From an uncultured candidatus Porisulfidus sp. (GTDB taxonomy: Bacteria > Pseudomonadota > Gammaproteobacteria > Poriferisulfidales > Poriferisulfidaceae): 64,000 bases of DNA. The stretch is taken from NCBI GenBank assembly GCA_965199755.1, contig CBDASZ010000001.1, forward strand, positions 640,001-704,000, given 5' to 3'. The translations under genes and the position numbers were made by a program. Under the pieces are notes generated by a model. That model saw only the letters and a list, made by a program, of their open reading frames with translations. It had not been told where the DNA came from and did not search any database. This document shows positions 29,927-40,721 of the stretch, piece after piece (within the stretch, counting starts at the first letter, position 1; the number at the start of each line of letters is the position of its first letter).

Positions 29927-30457
29927 ATGGCAACGAATCTGGAAGTGATACAGGGCAGCGAAGAGTTGGTCGAGAAGATGGTGGTCGTCAACCGTGTGGC
30001 CAAGGTGGTCAAGGGTGGGCGTCAATTCGGCTTCACCGCGCTGACTGTAGTCGGCGACCGTAATGGGCGCGTCGGGCTGGGCTATGGCAAGGCACGCGAA
30101 GTGTCGACCGCGATCCAGAAAAGTCTGGAGCGCGCACGCCGTTCAATGATTACTGTACCGCTACGCAATGGCACGCTGTACTACCCGGTGGTCGGCCGTC
30201 ATGGCGCGGCGCGGGTATACATGCAGCCGGCGGCCGAGGGAACCGGCATTATCGCCGGTGGCCCGATGCGCGCGGTGTTCGAAGTGCTAGGAGTGAACAA
30301 CGTGCTGGCAAAATGTATTGGCACGCGCAATCAGCTGAACGCCATTCGCGCCACATTGCAGGGCTTGCAGTCAGTGCAGTCACCGGAAGAGGTGGCGCGC
30401 AAGCTCGGACGGTCAGTCAAAGAGATTAAGGAGCGCATGCAATGGCGGGAAAACTGA
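29927..30457 (+). CDS. rpsE: 30S ribosomal protein uS5
   Basis: [30 protein letters not shown]. Confidence 0.98.
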   Translation: MATNLEVIQGSEELVEKMVVVNRVAKVVKGGRQFGFTALTVVGDRNGRVGLGYGKAREVSTAIQKSLERARRSMITVPLRNGTLYYPVVGRHGAARVYMQPAAEGTGIIAGGPMRAVFEVLGVNNVLAKCIGTRNQLNAIRATLQGLQSVQSPEEVARKLGRSVKEIKERMQWREN

Positions 30458-30624
30458 AAGTGACGCTGGTGCGCAGCCTGATCGGGCGTCTGCCGTCGCA
30501 TCGCAAGTGCGCGCGCGGCTTGGGTCTGCGCCGCATGCACCAGACTGTGGAAGTTCAGGCCACGCCTGAGAATCTCGGCATGGTGCGCCGCATTGATTAC
30601 TTGCTGCAGATCGAGGAAGTCTGA
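30442..30624 (+). CDS. rpmD: 50S ribosomal protein uL30
   Basis: [19 protein letters not shown]; position between rpsE and rplO. Confidence 0.95.
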   Translation: MAGKLKVTLVRSLIGRLPSHRKCARGLGLRRMHQTVEVQATPENLGMVRRIDYLLQIEEV

Positions 30625-31058
30625 TGCGTCTCAACACACTGAGCCCGCCTCAAGGAGCACGCCCCGCGCGCAAGCGTGTCGGGCGCGGCACCGGCAGTGG
30701 TCATGGCAAGACCGCCGGGCGCGGGCACAAGGGACAGAAATCTCGCTCCGGGGGCTACCACAAGGTTGGCTTTGAGGGCGGACAGATGCCGTTGCAGCGG
30801 CGTCTGCCAAAGAGCGGATTCAGCTCCCGCGTCTCGCCGTGCGCGGAAGTCGGACTGGGTCGTCTGGGCAAGTTGCCGGCGGATCAGGAAGTGACGCTGG
30901 AAAACTTACGCGCAGTGAAACTGATTCGCGCTCACGCCACTCGCGCCAAGATTATTTTGCGTGGCGATTGTGCTCGCGCCTACGTGGTGTCGGGGGTTGC
31001 CGTGACGCGCGGCGCCCGCGCTGCCATTGAAGCGGCAGGCGGAGAAATTAAGGACTAA
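30624..31058 (+). CDS. rplO: 50S ribosomal protein uL15
   Basis: [33 protein letters not shown]. Confidence 0.98.
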   Translation: MRLNTLSPPQGARPARKRVGRGTGSGHGKTAGRGHKGQKSRSGGYHKVGFEGGQMPLQRRLPKSGFSSRVSPCAEVGLGRLGKLPADQEVTLENLRAVKLIRAHATRAKIILRGDCARAYVVSGVAVTRGARAAIEAAGGEIKD

Positions 31059-31061
31059 GCC

Positions 31062-32372
31062 ATGGCACCGCCGAAGGCCTCACCCTACGCCGAACTGCGC
31101 GCCCGCGTGCTGTTCGTGATCGGTGCACTGGTGGTGTACCGCATCGGCACGTACGTGCCTGTGCCGGGCATCAACCCGGAGGCGCTGGTGCGCTTCTTTG
31201 AAGAGCAGGGCGGCACCATCATTGATCTGTTCAATATGTTTTCCGGTGGTGCGCTGGAGCGCTTGAGCATTCTTGCGCTCGGCATCATGCCGTACATCTC
31301 CGCGGCCATCATCATGCAGTTGATGACGGCGGTTATCCCAAGTCTCAAAGAGTTACGTAAGGAAGGCGAGCAGGGCCGACGGCAGATCACCCAGTACACG
31401 CGCTACGGCACATTGGGACTAGCGACCTTGCAGGCTGGCGGCATTTCGGTGGCATTGCAGAGTCAGGGTATCGCGCTGTACTCCGGCTACAGTTTCGCCT
31501 TCACCACTATTCTGACACTGGTGACTGGCACCATGTTTCTGATGTGGCTGGGTGAGCAGATCACCGAGCGCGGCATCGGCAATGGCATCTCCTTAATCAT
31601 CTTCACCAGCATTGTGGCCGGGCTGCCGACCGCAGTCGGCGGCACGCTGGAGTTGGCCAGCACTGGTGAATTGGCCTCGGCGCTGGTGGTATTTTTGTTC
31701 GCGCTGGTGATGGCGATCACCGCGTTTGTGGTGTTTATCGAGCGCGGCCAGCGGCGCATCATGGTGAATTACGCGCGCCAGCAACAGGGCCGCCGCGTTG
31801 CCATGCAATCCACGCATCTGCCGTTCAAGCTCAATATGGCCGGTGTGATTCCGCCGATCTTTGCCTCCAGCATTATTCTGTTTCCGGCGACCTTTGGCCG
31901 TTGGGCCGGCTCCACCGAAGGGATGGGCTGGCTACGTGATCTGTCCGCGACACTGGCACCTGGTCAGCCGCTGTATGTGCTGTTTTATGCGCTGGCGATC
32001 GCGTTTTTCTGCTTCTTCTATACCGCGCTGGTCTATGACTCCAACGATACGGCGGACAATCTCAAGCGTTCCGGCGCTTTTATTCCCGGCATTCGCCCCG
32101 GTGCGCAAACTGCGCGCTACATTGACACCGTGATGACGCGCCTGACGGCGATCGGCGCGCTGTACATCGTGTTCGTGTGCCTGCTGCCGGAGTTTCTGAT
32201 TCTGGGATTGAATGTGCCGTTTTATTTCGGCGGCACGTCCTTGCTGATTATCGTGGTTGTGGTAATGGATTTCATCGCGCAACTACAGACTCATCTGATG
32301 TCGCATCAGTATGAGGGTTTGTTGAAAAAAGCCGAGGCGCGTGGCATGCGCTCGCGTGGCCTCCTACGTTGA
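31062..32372 (+). CDS. secY: Preprotein translocase subunit SecY
   Basis: [50 protein letters not shown]. Confidence 0.98.
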   Translation: MAPPKASPYAELRARVLFVIGALVVYRIGTYVPVPGINPEALVRFFEEQGGTIIDLFNMFSGGALERLSILALGIMPYISAAIIMQLMTAVIPSLKELRKEGEQGRRQITQYTRYGTLGLATLQAGGISVALQSQGIALYSGYSFAFTTILTLVTGTMFLMWLGEQITERGIGNGISLIIFTSIVAGLPTAVGGTLELASTGELASALVVFLFALVMAITAFVVFIERGQRRIMVNYARQQQGRRVAMQSTHLPFKLNMAGVIPPIFASSIILFPATFGRWAGSTEGMGWLRDLSATLAPGQPLYVLFYALAIAFFCFFYTALVYDSNDTADNLKRSGAFIPGIRPGAQTARYIDTVMTRLTAIGALYIVFVCLLPEFLILGLNVPFYFGGTSLLIIVVVVMDFIAQLQTHLMSHQYEGLLKKAEARGMRSRGLLR

Positions 32373-32384
32373 GGAGCAATACTT

Positions 32385-32498
32385 ATGAAAGTTCAGGCAT
32401 CCGTCAAACGCATCTGCCGCAATTGCAAGATTGTACGCCGCCGGGGTGCGGTGCGCGTGATCTGCAAGGTGGCGCGACACAAACAACGTCAGGGCTGA
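32385..32498 (+). CDS. rpmJ: 50S ribosomal protein bL36 (absent from ORF track because it is under 60 aa)
   Basis: Hand translation [37 protein letters not shown]; GAGGAG SD upstream. Confidence 0.97.
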   Translation: MKVQASVKRICRNCKIVRRRGAVRVICKVARHKQRQG

Positions 32499-32510
32499 TA
32501 GCGCTGATTT

Positions 32511-32519
32511 TGCTACAAT
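32511..32519 (+). promoter_or_regulatory. Extended -10 promoter for the alpha operon
   Basis: TGcTACAAT between rpmJ and rpsM; the same 9-mer precedes tRNA-Tyr. Confidence 0.45.
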
Positions 32520-32555
32520 AGATAACTTATACCCCCAGCACTGGATTGCGTAACA

Positions 32556-32912
32556 ATGGCACGAATTTCAGGCGTCAATCTGCCCGACCAGAAGCATACC
32601 GTGATTGCTTTGCAGTCAATTTTTGGTATTGGTCCGACCCGCGCGGCGAGGATCTGCGCGGACTGTTCCATCAATCCCGCGGAGCGTCTCGGCAAGTTGA
32701 GTGAGCCGGAACTGGTGACCCTGCGTGAAGCGGTCTCCCAGTACACCATCGAGGGCGATCTGCGCCGCGAGACGGCGATGAGCATCAAGCGCCTGATGGA
32801 TCTGGGCTGCTACCGCGGCATCCGACATCGGCACCGCCTGCCGCTGCGGGGTCAACGCACCCGCACCAATGCCCGCACCCGCAAGGGTCCGCGCCGTCCG
32901 ATTCGGAAGTAA
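32556..32912 (+). CDS. rpsM: 30S ribosomal protein uS13
   Basis: [36 protein letters not shown]. Confidence 0.98.
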   Translation: MARISGVNLPDQKHTVIALQSIFGIGPTRAARICADCSINPAERLGKLSEPELVTLREAVSQYTIEGDLRRETAMSIKRLMDLGCYRGIRHRHRLPLRGQRTRTNARTRKGPRRPIRK

Positions 32913-32918
32913 TTCACT

Positions 32919-33326
32919 ATGGCCGCTCCCAAATCCAAATCCCACAAAGGCACCCGCGCGCGCAAGAAAGACCGCCGCGTGGTGACCGATGGTGTTGCGC
33001 ATATTCGCGCGACCTTCAACAACACACTGGTGACCATCACCGACCTGCAGGGCAACACGCTGTGCTGGGCGACCTCCGGGGGCTCCGGCTTCAAAGGTTC
33101 GCGCAAGAGCACGCCATTCGCAGCGCAAGTGGCGGCCGCCAAAGTCGGTAAGGAAGCGCTGGAGTTCGGCTTGCGCAATCTGGAAGTTCGGGTGTGGGGT
33201 CCGGGTCCAGGTCGCGAATCCGCCATGCGCGCCTTGAATGCGACTGGTTTTCGGATCACCAATATTCGGGACATCACCCCGATTCCACATAACGGCTGCC
33301 GCCCACCGAAGCGGCGTCGCGTTTGA
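32919..33326 (+). CDS. rpsK: 30S ribosomal protein uS11
   Basis: [45 protein letters not shown]. Confidence 0.98.
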   Translation: MAAPKSKSHKGTRARKKDRRVVTDGVAHIRATFNNTLVTITDLQGNTLCWATSGGSGFKGSRKSTPFAAQVAAAKVGKEALEFGLRNLEVRVWGPGPGRESAMRALNATGFRITNIRDITPIPHNGCRPPKRRRV

Positions 33327-33336
33327 GGAGGCTCTG

Positions 33337-33966
33337 ATGGCACGTTATCGTGGACCGCGCTGCAAATTGATGCGTCGTGAAGGCTCCAATCTGGAGCTGA
33401 AGGCCCCGACGCGCGAGTTGAGCAAAAAGTGCAAGATGGAAGTCTTGCCGGGCAGCAAAGGCGGTCGCGGCGGACGCCGCGCACGGGTGACAGACTACGG
33501 CGTGCAGTTGCGCGAGAAGCAAAAACTGCGCCGCCTCTACGGCATTATGGAGCGTCAGTTCCGCAACTACTACAAGAAAGCCGCGCGTAGCAAAGGCTCG
33601 ACCGGAGAGAACCTGCTGCAGTTGCTGGAGTGTCGCCTGGATAACGTGATCTACCGGATGGGCTTTGGCATCACCCGCGCGGAATGCCGCCAGATCGTGT
33701 CGCACAAGGGCATTATGCTCAACGGCAAGGTCGCCAACATTCCATCGCTTTCGGTCAAGCCGGGAGACACCATCAGCGTGCGCGAGGCGGCGCGCGAGCA
33801 AGTCCGCATCAAGGATGCGATTACCATCGCCAAGCAACAGGGCGTGCCGGAGTGGCTGAACGTGAATTTCGATCAATTCGAAGGCAAGGTCAAGCAGTTG
33901 CCGGCCCGTGAAGAAATCTACAAGGACATCAACGAGTCTCTGGTCGTTGAGTTCTACTCCAAGTAA
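33337..33966 (+). CDS. rpsD: 30S ribosomal protein uS4
   Basis: [27 protein letters not shown]; start at ATG 33337. Confidence 0.98.
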   Translation: MARYRGPRCKLMRREGSNLELKAPTRELSKKCKMEVLPGSKGGRGGRRARVTDYGVQLREKQKLRRLYGIMERQFRNYYKKAARSKGSTGENLLQLLECRLDNVIYRMGFGITRAECRQIVSHKGIMLNGKVANIPSLSVKPGDTISVREAAREQVRIKDAITIAKQQGVPEWLNVNFDQFEGKVKQLPAREEIYKDINESLVVEFYSK

Positions 33967-33983
33967 ACCTAAGGAGAGCAGTC

Positions 33984-34991
33984 ATGGGGAATAGTGAGCT
34001 GATGATTCCGCGTGTGGTGGAAGCCAAGTACACGGAAGGACGTGAGGCGCGTGTGGTGCTGGAGCCCATGGAGCGCGGCTTCGGACATACGCTCGGCAAT
34101 GCGCTGCGGCGGATTTTGCTGTCTTCGATTCCAGGTGCGGCGATCACCGAAGTGGAAATTCACGGCGTCGAACATGAATACGACACGCTCGACGGGGTGC
34201 AGGAAGATGTAGTGGACATCCTGCTCAACCTCAAGGGGCTGGCGATTCGCATGTTTGAGGAGCGCACGCAAGCCAAAGTACAACTGAAGAAATCTGGCCC
34301 CGGCAAGGTCACGGCCGGTGATATTGAACTGGCGCACGATATTGAGATCGTCACCCCCGATTATGTGATCGCGAATCTGGCGAAGGGCGGCAAACTGGAG
34401 ATGACCCTGACGGTCGAGCGCGGCCGCGGCTATCTGCCGGTACCGGCGCGCCGTCGGGATGATCGCGCCCATCAGATTGGCGTGCTGCTGCTGGATGCGA
34501 GCTTCAGCCCGATCCGCCGGGTGTCGTATCAAGTGGAGAACACGCGCGTTGAACAGCGCACGGATCTGGACAAACTGATTCTGGATCTGGAGACCAACGG
34601 CACGGTGGAGCCGGAAGATGTGGTGCGCCATGCGGCCACCATCCTGAGCGAGCAGTTGTCCGTGCTGGTTGAACTGGAGAAAGGCGAGGTTCTGCAGCAG
34701 ACGGCGACGCACACGACCGAAGTGGCACCGGTATTCAAGTTGTCGATTGACGAGTTGGAGCTGGGCGTGCGTTCGGCCAACAGCCTCAAGCAGGAAAACA
34801 TTTTTTATGTCGGCGATCTGGTGCGCCTGTCGGAGAACGAGTTGCTGAAGCAAACGCCGAATATTGGCATCAAGACGCTGTCGGAGATCAAGCAGGCGCT
34901 GGCCCAGCGCGAACTGAAACTGGGCATGGAACTGGATAATTGGCCGCCGGCGGATCTGCCGCGCCCGCGTTCCGGGCCACCGTTGTTCTGA
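33984..34991 (+). CDS. rpoA: RNA polymerase alpha subunit
   Basis: [43 protein letters not shown]. Confidence 0.98.
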   Translation: MGNSELMIPRVVEAKYTEGREARVVLEPMERGFGHTLGNALRRILLSSIPGAAITEVEIHGVEHEYDTLDGVQEDVVDILLNLKGLAIRMFEERTQAKVQLKKSGPGKVTAGDIELAHDIEIVTPDYVIANLAKGGKLEMTLTVERGRGYLPVPARRRDDRAHQIGVLLLDASFSPIRRVSYQVENTRVEQRTDLDKLILDLETNGTVEPEDVVRHAATILSEQLSVLVELEKGEVLQQTATHTTEVAPVFKLSIDELELGVRSANSLKQENIFYVGDLVRLSENELLKQTPNIGIKTLSEIKQALAQRELKLGMELDNWPPADLPRPRSGPPLF

Positions 34992-35001
34992 GGGAAGTCT
35001 G

Positions 35002-35394
35002 ATGCGTCATCGCAAAGCAGGCCGTCATCTGAATCGGACATCGTCGCATCGTCGCGCGATGTTTCGTAATATGGCAGTGTCGCTGCTGCAGCACGAGGCG
35101 ATTCGCACCACCTTGCCGAAGGCCAAGGAATTGCGGCGCTTTGTGGAGCCGCTGATTACACTGGCGAAGGAAGACTCGGTGGCGCACCGCCGCCTGGCAT
35201 TTGATCGCCTGCGCGATCGCGAGATGGTCACCAAACTGTTTGAAGATCTGGGGCCGGAGTATCGCTCCCGACCCGGCGGTTATACCCGCGTACTCAAGAA
35301 CGGCTTTCGGCCCGGAGACAACGCGCCGATGGCGTATATGGAACTGGTCGGCCGCGACAAGGCGGATGCCGCAGTAGCAAGTACCGAAGGATAA
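35002..35394 (+). CDS. rplQ: 50S ribosomal protein bL17
   Basis: [30 protein letters not shown]. Confidence 0.98.
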   Translation: MRHRKAGRHLNRTSSHRRAMFRNMAVSLLQHEAIRTTLPKAKELRRFVEPLITLAKEDSVAHRRLAFDRLRDREMVTKLFEDLGPEYRSRPGGYTRVLKNGFRPGDNAPMAYMELVGRDKADAAVASTEG

Positions 35395-35811
35395 CCGAGC
35401 AGGTGCCAGAGAGGCACCAGCCGACCCGTCCGCATCAGCAGGCGGAATAATCAAAAAAGTACAGCAATATTGCCGGGCACTGGCGCGGTGTTCCGATATT
35501 CTTTATCCTGTATTGCTTGGCAACCGCAGCGTGGCCGTGGGCCGCGTCGGCCGAGGATGGATTTTGAAAGTCTGGATGAGACGTATCTTTTTGAGATGAT
35601 TCGCGATCATGCGCCAGTACGCGCGGATGGCGTGGCGCCGTTTGATGCACCACGCACTTGAGCGACGTTGATTACTGGGCGATTGCGGTTGGACTCAAGC
35701 ATCGTTTCTGAGCGCGTGGATTGAGTCTTTTTAAAGGCGGGTGTGGCGTCAGCGTCGCCTCTCCGTGAGGTGCTGGACATCGCGCAAAATGGAAATTCGA
35801 GTGGCTATCTG

Positions 35812-35820
35812 TGCTACAAT
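35812..35820 (+). promoter_or_regulatory. Extended -10 promoter for the tRNA-tuf operon
   Basis: TGcTACAAT about 23 nt before tRNA-Tyr. Confidence 0.45.
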
Positions 35821-35843
35821 AAGTCCCTTTATATTCACATCGG

Positions 35844-35928
35844 GGAGGGGTACCCAAGCGGTCAACGGGGGCAGACTGTAAATCTGCTGGCTCAGCCTTC
35901 GTAGGTTCGAATCCTACCCCCTCCACCA
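35844..35928 (+). tRNA. tRNA-Tyr (GTA)
   Basis: Acceptor GGAGGGG/CCCCTCC, anticodon arm gcaga-CT GTA AA-tctgc, long variable arm, GGTTCGAATCC, encoded CCA. Confidence 0.96.
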
Positions 35929-35986
35929 TGAGGGACGGAGAAGAACCACTAACAGGCTGATTAAGCAAGGCTTTTTGGCGGAAATG

Positions 35987-36060
35987 GCGGGCGTAGTTCA
36001 ACGGTAGAACCTCAGCCTTCCAAGCTGATGATGGCGGTTCGATCCCGCTCGCCCGCTCCA
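35987..36060 (+). tRNA. tRNA-Gly (TCC)
   Basis: GCGGGCG/CGCCCGC acceptor, CT TCC AA loop, GGTTCGATCC, TCCA end; 74 nt. Confidence 0.96.
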
Positions 36061-36083
36061 CCAAGGGTGGATTAAAAGAATGC

Positions 36084-36159
36084 GCCCATATAGCTCAGTC
36101 GGCAGAGCACTTCCTTGGTAAGGAAGAGGTCACCGGTTCAAATCCGGTTATGGGCTCCA
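36084..36159 (+). tRNA. tRNA-Thr (GGT)
   Basis: GCCCATA/TATGGGC acceptor, cttcc-TT GGT AA-ggaag arm, GGTTCAAATCC, CCA. Confidence 0.96.
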
Positions 36160-36191
36160 GATTGAGTGGACACAAACCCAGGAGAAGCACC

Positions 36192-37382
36192 ATGGCGAAG
36201 GAAAAATTCGAACGCACGAAGCCGCACATTAATGTCGGCACGATCGGTCATGTAGATCATGGCAAGACCACGCTGACGGCGGCGCTGACCAAAGTGATGG
36301 CGGAGGCGCACGGCGGCGAGGTTCGCGATTATTCGCAGATTGACAATGCGCCGGAAGAGCGCGAGCGCGGCATCACGATTGCGACCGCGCACGTGGAATA
36401 CGAATCCGATGCGCGCCATTACGCGCATGTGGACTGTCCCGGCCACGCGGACTACGTGAAGAACATGATCACTGGAGCGGCGCAGATGGACGCGGCGATT
36501 CTGGTGGTGAGCGCGGCGGACGGTCCGATGCCGCAGACCAACGAGCATATTCTGCTGGCCCGTCAGGTTGGCGTGCCGCACATTCTGGTGTACCTGAACA
36601 AGGCCGACCAGGTGGACGACGATGAGTTGCTGGAGTTGGTGGAAATGGAAGTGCGCGAACTGCTCAGCAAGTATGAGTTTCCCGGCGACGACACGCCAAT
36701 CATCACAGGATCGGCGCTGCAGGCGCTGGAAGGTGACACCAGCGAGCACGGCATTGAGTCGGTGCAGAAGCTGGTAGAGGCGATGGATAGTTACATTCCT
36801 GAGCCGGAGCGCGCGATTGATGGTGCGTTTTTGATGCCGGTGGAGGATGTCTTCACGATTTCCGGTCGCGGCACGGTGGTGACGGGCCGAGTGGAACGCG
36901 GCATCATCAAGGTTGGCGAAGAAGTCGAGATGGTGGGCATTCGCGACACCGAGACGACCACCTGCACGGGTGTTGAGATGTTCCGCAAGTTGCTGGATGA
37001 AGGTCGCGCAGGCGACAACATCGGAGTGCTGCTGCGCGGCACCAAGCGTGAGGAAGTGGAGCGCGGTCAGGTGTTGTGCCAGCCGGGTTCGATCACCCCG
37101 CACACAGAATTTGACGCGGAGATTTACTGCCTGACGAAGGAAGAGGGCGGACGCCACTCGCCGTTTGTGTCGGGTTATCGTCCGCAGTTTTATTTCCGCA
37201 CCACGGATGTGACGGGGGCAGTGAACCTGCCGTCGGGCACGGACATGGTGATGCCGGGCGACAATGTCACGATTTCGGTCGAGCTGGGCGCTCCGATCGC
37301 AATGGAAGAAGGTCTGCGTTTCGCCATGCGCGAAGGTGGCCGCACCATCGCTTCCGGCGTCGTCACCAAGATTAACAAGTAA
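36192..37382 (+). CDS. tuf: Elongation factor Tu (copy 2, tRNA operon)
   Basis: Protein identical to 20473-21663; start at ATG 36192 behind AGGAG. Confidence 0.98.
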   Translation: MAKEKFERTKPHINVGTIGHVDHGKTTLTAALTKVMAEAHGGEVRDYSQIDNAPEERERGITIATAHVEYESDARHYAHVDCPGHADYVKNMITGAAQMDAAILVVSAADGPMPQTNEHILLARQVGVPHILVYLNKADQVDDDELLELVEMEVRELLSKYEFPGDDTPIITGSALQALEGDTSEHGIESVQKLVEAMDSYIPEPERAIDGAFLMPVEDVFTISGRGTVVTGRVERGIIKVGEEVEMVGIRDTETTTCTGVEMFRKLLDEGRAGDNIGVLLRGTKREEVERGQVLCQPGSITPHTEFDAEIYCLTKEEGGRHSPFVSGYRPQFYFRTTDVTGAVNLPSGTDMVMPGDNVTISVELGAPIAMEEGLRFAMREGGRTIASGVVTKINK

Positions 37383-37383
37383 G
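36192..37383 (+). repeat. About 1.19-kb direct repeat of 20473-21664 (tuf duplication)
   Basis: Same protein and same alternative-frame ORFs in both copies; sequences diverge immediately outside the CDS. Confidence 0.93.
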
Positions 37384-37426
37384 GCGCATTCCGTCTGTTT
37401 TTGCGTGAAGTGCATCATGCGCACGA

Positions 37427-37502
<76 letters not shown>

Positions 37503-37520
37503 TGCCTGGAGTGTTGCGTG

Positions 37521-37895
37521 ATGACGAAGGAAGGCGGCGACATCGTATTGTCGAGCACCGACTGGGCGCGCTGGTCTATCAGCGCGGTGCTGTTGCTGCT
37601 GGGCGTACTTGGGTTTTATTATTTCGCGGATCAAGCTTTGCTGTATCGGGTGCTGGGCATTGTGGCGATGTTCTCGCTGGCGGCCTGGGTTGCGCTCGGT
37701 TCCGAGCAAGGCGTGCAATTCCGCGGCTTCATGCGCGATGCGCGAGTCGAAGTCCGCAAGATGATCTGGCCGACGCGCGGCGAGACTTTGCAGACTTCAC
37801 TGGTGGTATTTGTCGCGGTGATCATCATGGCGATCTTTTTGTGGCTGTTGGACCGGCTTCTGTCCTGGGCCATCACCCTGTTTCTGGGGGGCTGA
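37521..37895 (+). CDS. secE: Preprotein translocase subunit SecE (3-TM form)
   Basis: EVRKMIWPTR.ET motif, three hydrophobic segments, precedes nusG; start approximate. Confidence 0.93.
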   Translation: MTKEGGDIVLSSTDWARWSISAVLLLLGVLGFYYFADQALLYRVLGIVAMFSLAAWVALGSEQGVQFRGFMRDARVEVRKMIWPTRGETLQTSLVVFVAVIIMAIFLWLLDRLLSWAITLFLGG

Positions 37896-37897
37896 TC

Positions 37898-38509
37898 ATG
37901 GTTGTGGAACAAACGGAGGCGCTGGAAGCCATCGACGCGCCTGCTCAAGCCGAGACGGCGGAAGTCGAGGACAAGGACAAACTGCAGTGGTATGCGGTGC
38001 ATGCCTACTCGAACTGCGAGGCGCAGGTGCAACGAAATCTGCTGGAGCGCATTGAGCGTTACGGCAAGGCCGCTGAGTTCGGCTCCGTTGAAGTGCCGTC
38101 GGAGATGACGATTGAATTGCGTGGCGGCGAACAAAAGGAAGTGCGCCGCAAGACCTTTCCCGGCTATGTGCTGGTACAAATGAAATGGTCGGAAGAGAAC
38201 TGGCATCTGGTACGTGGCACGCCCAAAGTGCTGGGGTTTATTGGTGGCGAAAAGAACAAGCCGGAAGCGATCCCGGATCAACAGATCGAGGCGATCCTGC
38301 ATCAGGCCGAAGAAGGCCAGACGCAGCCGCGCGTCAAGACGATTTATGAGCCCGGTCAGATCGTGCGCGTGATTGAGGGCCCCTTCAATGACTTCAGCGG
38401 CGTCGTGGAGGAGGCCAACCACGACAAGGGCCGCTTGCGCGTCGCTATTCAGATTTTCGGGCGCTCCACGCCGGTGGATCTCAACTTCGACCAGGTCACC
38501 AAGGACTGA
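37898..38509 (+). CDS. nusG: Transcription termination/antitermination factor NusG
   Basis: [40 protein letters not shown]. Confidence 0.97.
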   Translation: MVVEQTEALEAIDAPAQAETAEVEDKDKLQWYAVHAYSNCEAQVQRNLLERIERYGKAAEFGSVEVPSEMTIELRGGEQKEVRRKTFPGYVLVQMKWSEENWHLVRGTPKVLGFIGGEKNKPEAIPDQQIEAILHQAEEGQTQPRVKTIYEPGQIVRVIEGPFNDFSGVVEEANHDKGRLRVAIQIFGRSTPVDLNFDQVTKD

Positions 38510-38514
38510 GCATC

Positions 38515-38970
38515 ATGGCGGACAGCAAAAAAAGCAAGGGCAAGACCCGCGAAATCACCGGCTACATCAAGTTGCAGGTGCCTGCAGGCGCTGCCAATCC
38601 GGCACCGCCGGTCGGCCCGGCGCTGGGCCAGCATGGATTGCAGATTCAGGACTTCTGCAAGGCGTTCAATGAGCGCACTGCGGACGAAGAGCGCGGCACC
38701 CCCATGCCGGTGATCATCACAGTATTTGCGGACCGCACGTTTGAGTTTGTGGTTAAGACACCGCCCGCAGCGGTGCTTCTGCGCAAGGTGACCGGGGTCA
38801 GCAAAGGCAGCGGCACTCCCAATTCGGAGAAGGTCGGCACCGTGACGCGTGCACAACTCGAACAGGTGGCGGCGGCCAAGATGCAGGATCTAAGCGCGAA
38901 CGATATGGAGGCGGCAGTTCGCATCATTGCCGGTAGTGCGCGCAGCATGGGTCTGGAGGTGCAGGAATGA
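38515..38970 (+). CDS. rplK: 50S ribosomal protein uL11
   Basis: [37 protein letters not shown]. Confidence 0.98.
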   Translation: MADSKKSKGKTREITGYIKLQVPAGAANPAPPVGPALGQHGLQIQDFCKAFNERTADEERGTPMPVIITVFADRTFEFVVKTPPAAVLLRKVTGVSKGSGTPNSEKVGTVTRAQLEQVAAAKMQDLSANDMEAAVRIIAGSARSMGLEVQE

Positions 38971-39647
38971 CCAAGCGACTGACAGCGGCGCGTGCGGATC
39001 TGGATCGCGAGCAATCCTATGCGCTCGAAGAGGCCATGGATATGGCCAACAAAACCGGCACGGCGAAGTTCACGGAGAGCATTGACGCCAGCATCAATCT
39101 GGGCGTTGACTCGCGCAAGAGTGAACAAAGTGTGCGCGGCGCGATGGTGCTACCTCACGGCACCGGGAAGACGCAGCGCGTGGCAGTTTTTGCTCGCGGC
39201 GAGCAGGCGCAGGCGGCTACCGACGCTGGCGCGGATGCGGTCGGTCTGGAGGATCTGGCGGAGCGCATGAAAGAAGGTGAACTGGATTATGGCACCGTCA
39301 TCGCGGCACCCGATTGCATGCCGATAGTGGGTGCTCTGGGTCCGGTGTTGGGTCCGCGCGGGCTGATGCCGAACCCGAAGACGGGCACGGTTTCCGAGGA
39401 TGTCGCCACAGCGGTGAAGAATGTCAAGGGCGGTCAGGTGCGCTATCGCGCCGACAAGTCCGGCATTGTGCATTGTCCGATCGGACGTGTGGGCTTTGAG
39501 GCAGGCGCGCTGGCGGAGAATCTGCGCGCGCTGGTGTCGGAACTCAATCGCGCCAAGCCGGCTGTGTCGAAAGGGGTGTACATCAAGCGAATCACGGTGT
39601 CGGCGACCATGGGCCCCGGCATTCGAATTGATCCGGCAACCCTGTAA
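38967..39647 (+). CDS. rplA: 50S ribosomal protein uL1
   Basis: [32 protein letters not shown]. Confidence 0.98.
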   Translation: MTKRLTAARADLDREQSYALEEAMDMANKTGTAKFTESIDASINLGVDSRKSEQSVRGAMVLPHGTGKTQRVAVFARGEQAQAATDAGADAVGLEDLAERMKEGELDYGTVIAAPDCMPIVGALGPVLGPRGLMPNPKTGTVSEDVATAVKNVKGGQVRYRADKSGIVHCPIGRVGFEAGALAENLRALVSELNRAKPAVSKGVYIKRITVSATMGPGIRIDPATL

Positions 39648-39659
39648 CGGAGCATCATC

Positions 39660-40190
39660 ATGGCTTTGACACGCGAGCACAAGGAGCAGGTCGTCACTGA
39701 AGTGACGGCGGTTGCTGCGCAGGCGCACTCGCTGGTAGCGGCTGAATATAGTGGCCTGACGGCACACGAAATGACGGACTTGCGCCGGGCGGCGCGCGAG
39801 AGCAACGTAGTCGTGCGAGTGGTCAAGAACAATCTGGCGCAGCGGGCTTTGGATGAAACCGACTTCGCGTGCGCGAAAGAACATCTGACCGGACATCTGG
39901 TGCTGGCATTCTCTTGCGAGCAGCCGAACGACGCGCCGCGCGTGTTGCGCGATTTCAGCCGCGACAACGAGAAACTGACGGTGCGCTTTGGCGTGTATGA
40001 GGGCGCGGTGCTGGATACGGCGCAACTGCGCCAACTGGCGGCGATGCCGTCTCGCGAGGAGGCGCTGGCGCAACTGATGTCAGTGATGCGCGCGCCGATC
40101 GCCAAACTGGCGCAACTGACCGCAGATATTCCTGGCCGACTGGCGCGTTCGCTGGCGGCTTATCGAGACAACCAGCAGGCAGAGTCCTGA
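39660..40190 (+). CDS. rplJ: 50S ribosomal protein uL10
   Basis: MAL...K, Y.GL, LRR, VVKNNL, PSREE. Confidence 0.96.
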   Translation: MALTREHKEQVVTEVTAVAAQAHSLVAAEYSGLTAHEMTDLRRAARESNVVVRVVKNNLAQRALDETDFACAKEHLTGHLVLAFSCEQPNDAPRVLRDFSRDNEKLTVRFGVYEGAVLDTAQLRQLAAMPSREEALAQLMSVMRAPIAKLAQLTADIPGRLARSLAAYRDNQQAES

Positions 40191-40228
40191 GGGTTTCCCT
40201 GAACTTTTAGCAATTACGGAGTAATCCC

Positions 40229-40621
40229 ATGGCAACTGAGAATGTATCGGTGGATAACGTACTGGATACGATTTCCAACATGAGTGTGATGGACGTGGTC
40301 GAATTGATTTCCAAGATGGAAGAGAAATTCGGCGTGTCCGCAGCCGCTGCGGCAGTGGCAATGCCGACGGCAGCCGGTGGCGCTGGTGCGGCCGAGGAAG
40401 AGGAGGCAAAAACCGAGCAGGACGTGGTACTGGCCTCCTTTGGCGATAACAAGATCGCCGTCATCAAGGTGGTTCGAACGGTGACGGGTTTGGGTCTGAA
40501 AGAGGCCAAGGAGATGGTGGAGAAAGCGCCATCGACGCTGAAAGAAGCGGTGCCTACAGAAGAAGCTGCAGAAATCAAGAAGCAATTGGAAGAAGCGGGC
40601 GCTAGCGTCGAATTGAAGTAA
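40229..40621 (+). CDS. rplL: 50S ribosomal protein bL12
   Basis: [37 protein letters not shown]. Confidence 0.98.
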   Translation: MATENVSVDNVLDTISNMSVMDVVELISKMEEKFGVSAAAAAVAMPTAAGGAGAAEEEEAKTEQDVVLASFGDNKIAVIKVVRTVTGLGLKEAKEMVEKAPSTLKEAVPTEEAAEIKKQLEEAGASVELK

Positions 40622-40656
40622 TTCGGTGCTCGTCATTTCTGTTTCACGAAGCGTGT

Positions 40657-40679
40657 CGTCGGCGCTGTGCGCGCCGACG
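40657..40679 (+). terminator. Hairpin between rplL and rpoB; possible attenuator
   Basis: CGTCGGCGC-tgtgc-GCGCCGACG 9-bp stem followed by a weak T-containing tract. Confidence 0.45.
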
Positions 40680-40721
40680 CTGTTGCGTTAATTGACCCCA
40701 CCCCCGGCTCTGGAGAGAGGC

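Noticed and set aside
35402-35418. GGTGCC-agaga-GGCACC hairpin after rplQ as a terminator
   Set aside because: Short stem with no T-tract; not supportable as an intrinsic terminator.
36058-36063. CCACCA at the 3' end of tRNA-Gly
   Set aside because: The second CCA is most simply trailer sequence removed in processing.
20473-37382. tuf-tuf recombination as the direct cause of the cluster permutation
   Set aside because: Each tuf keeps its normal flanks (fusA/rpsJ; tRNA-Thr/tRNA-Trp); the changed junctions lie in unique sequence.
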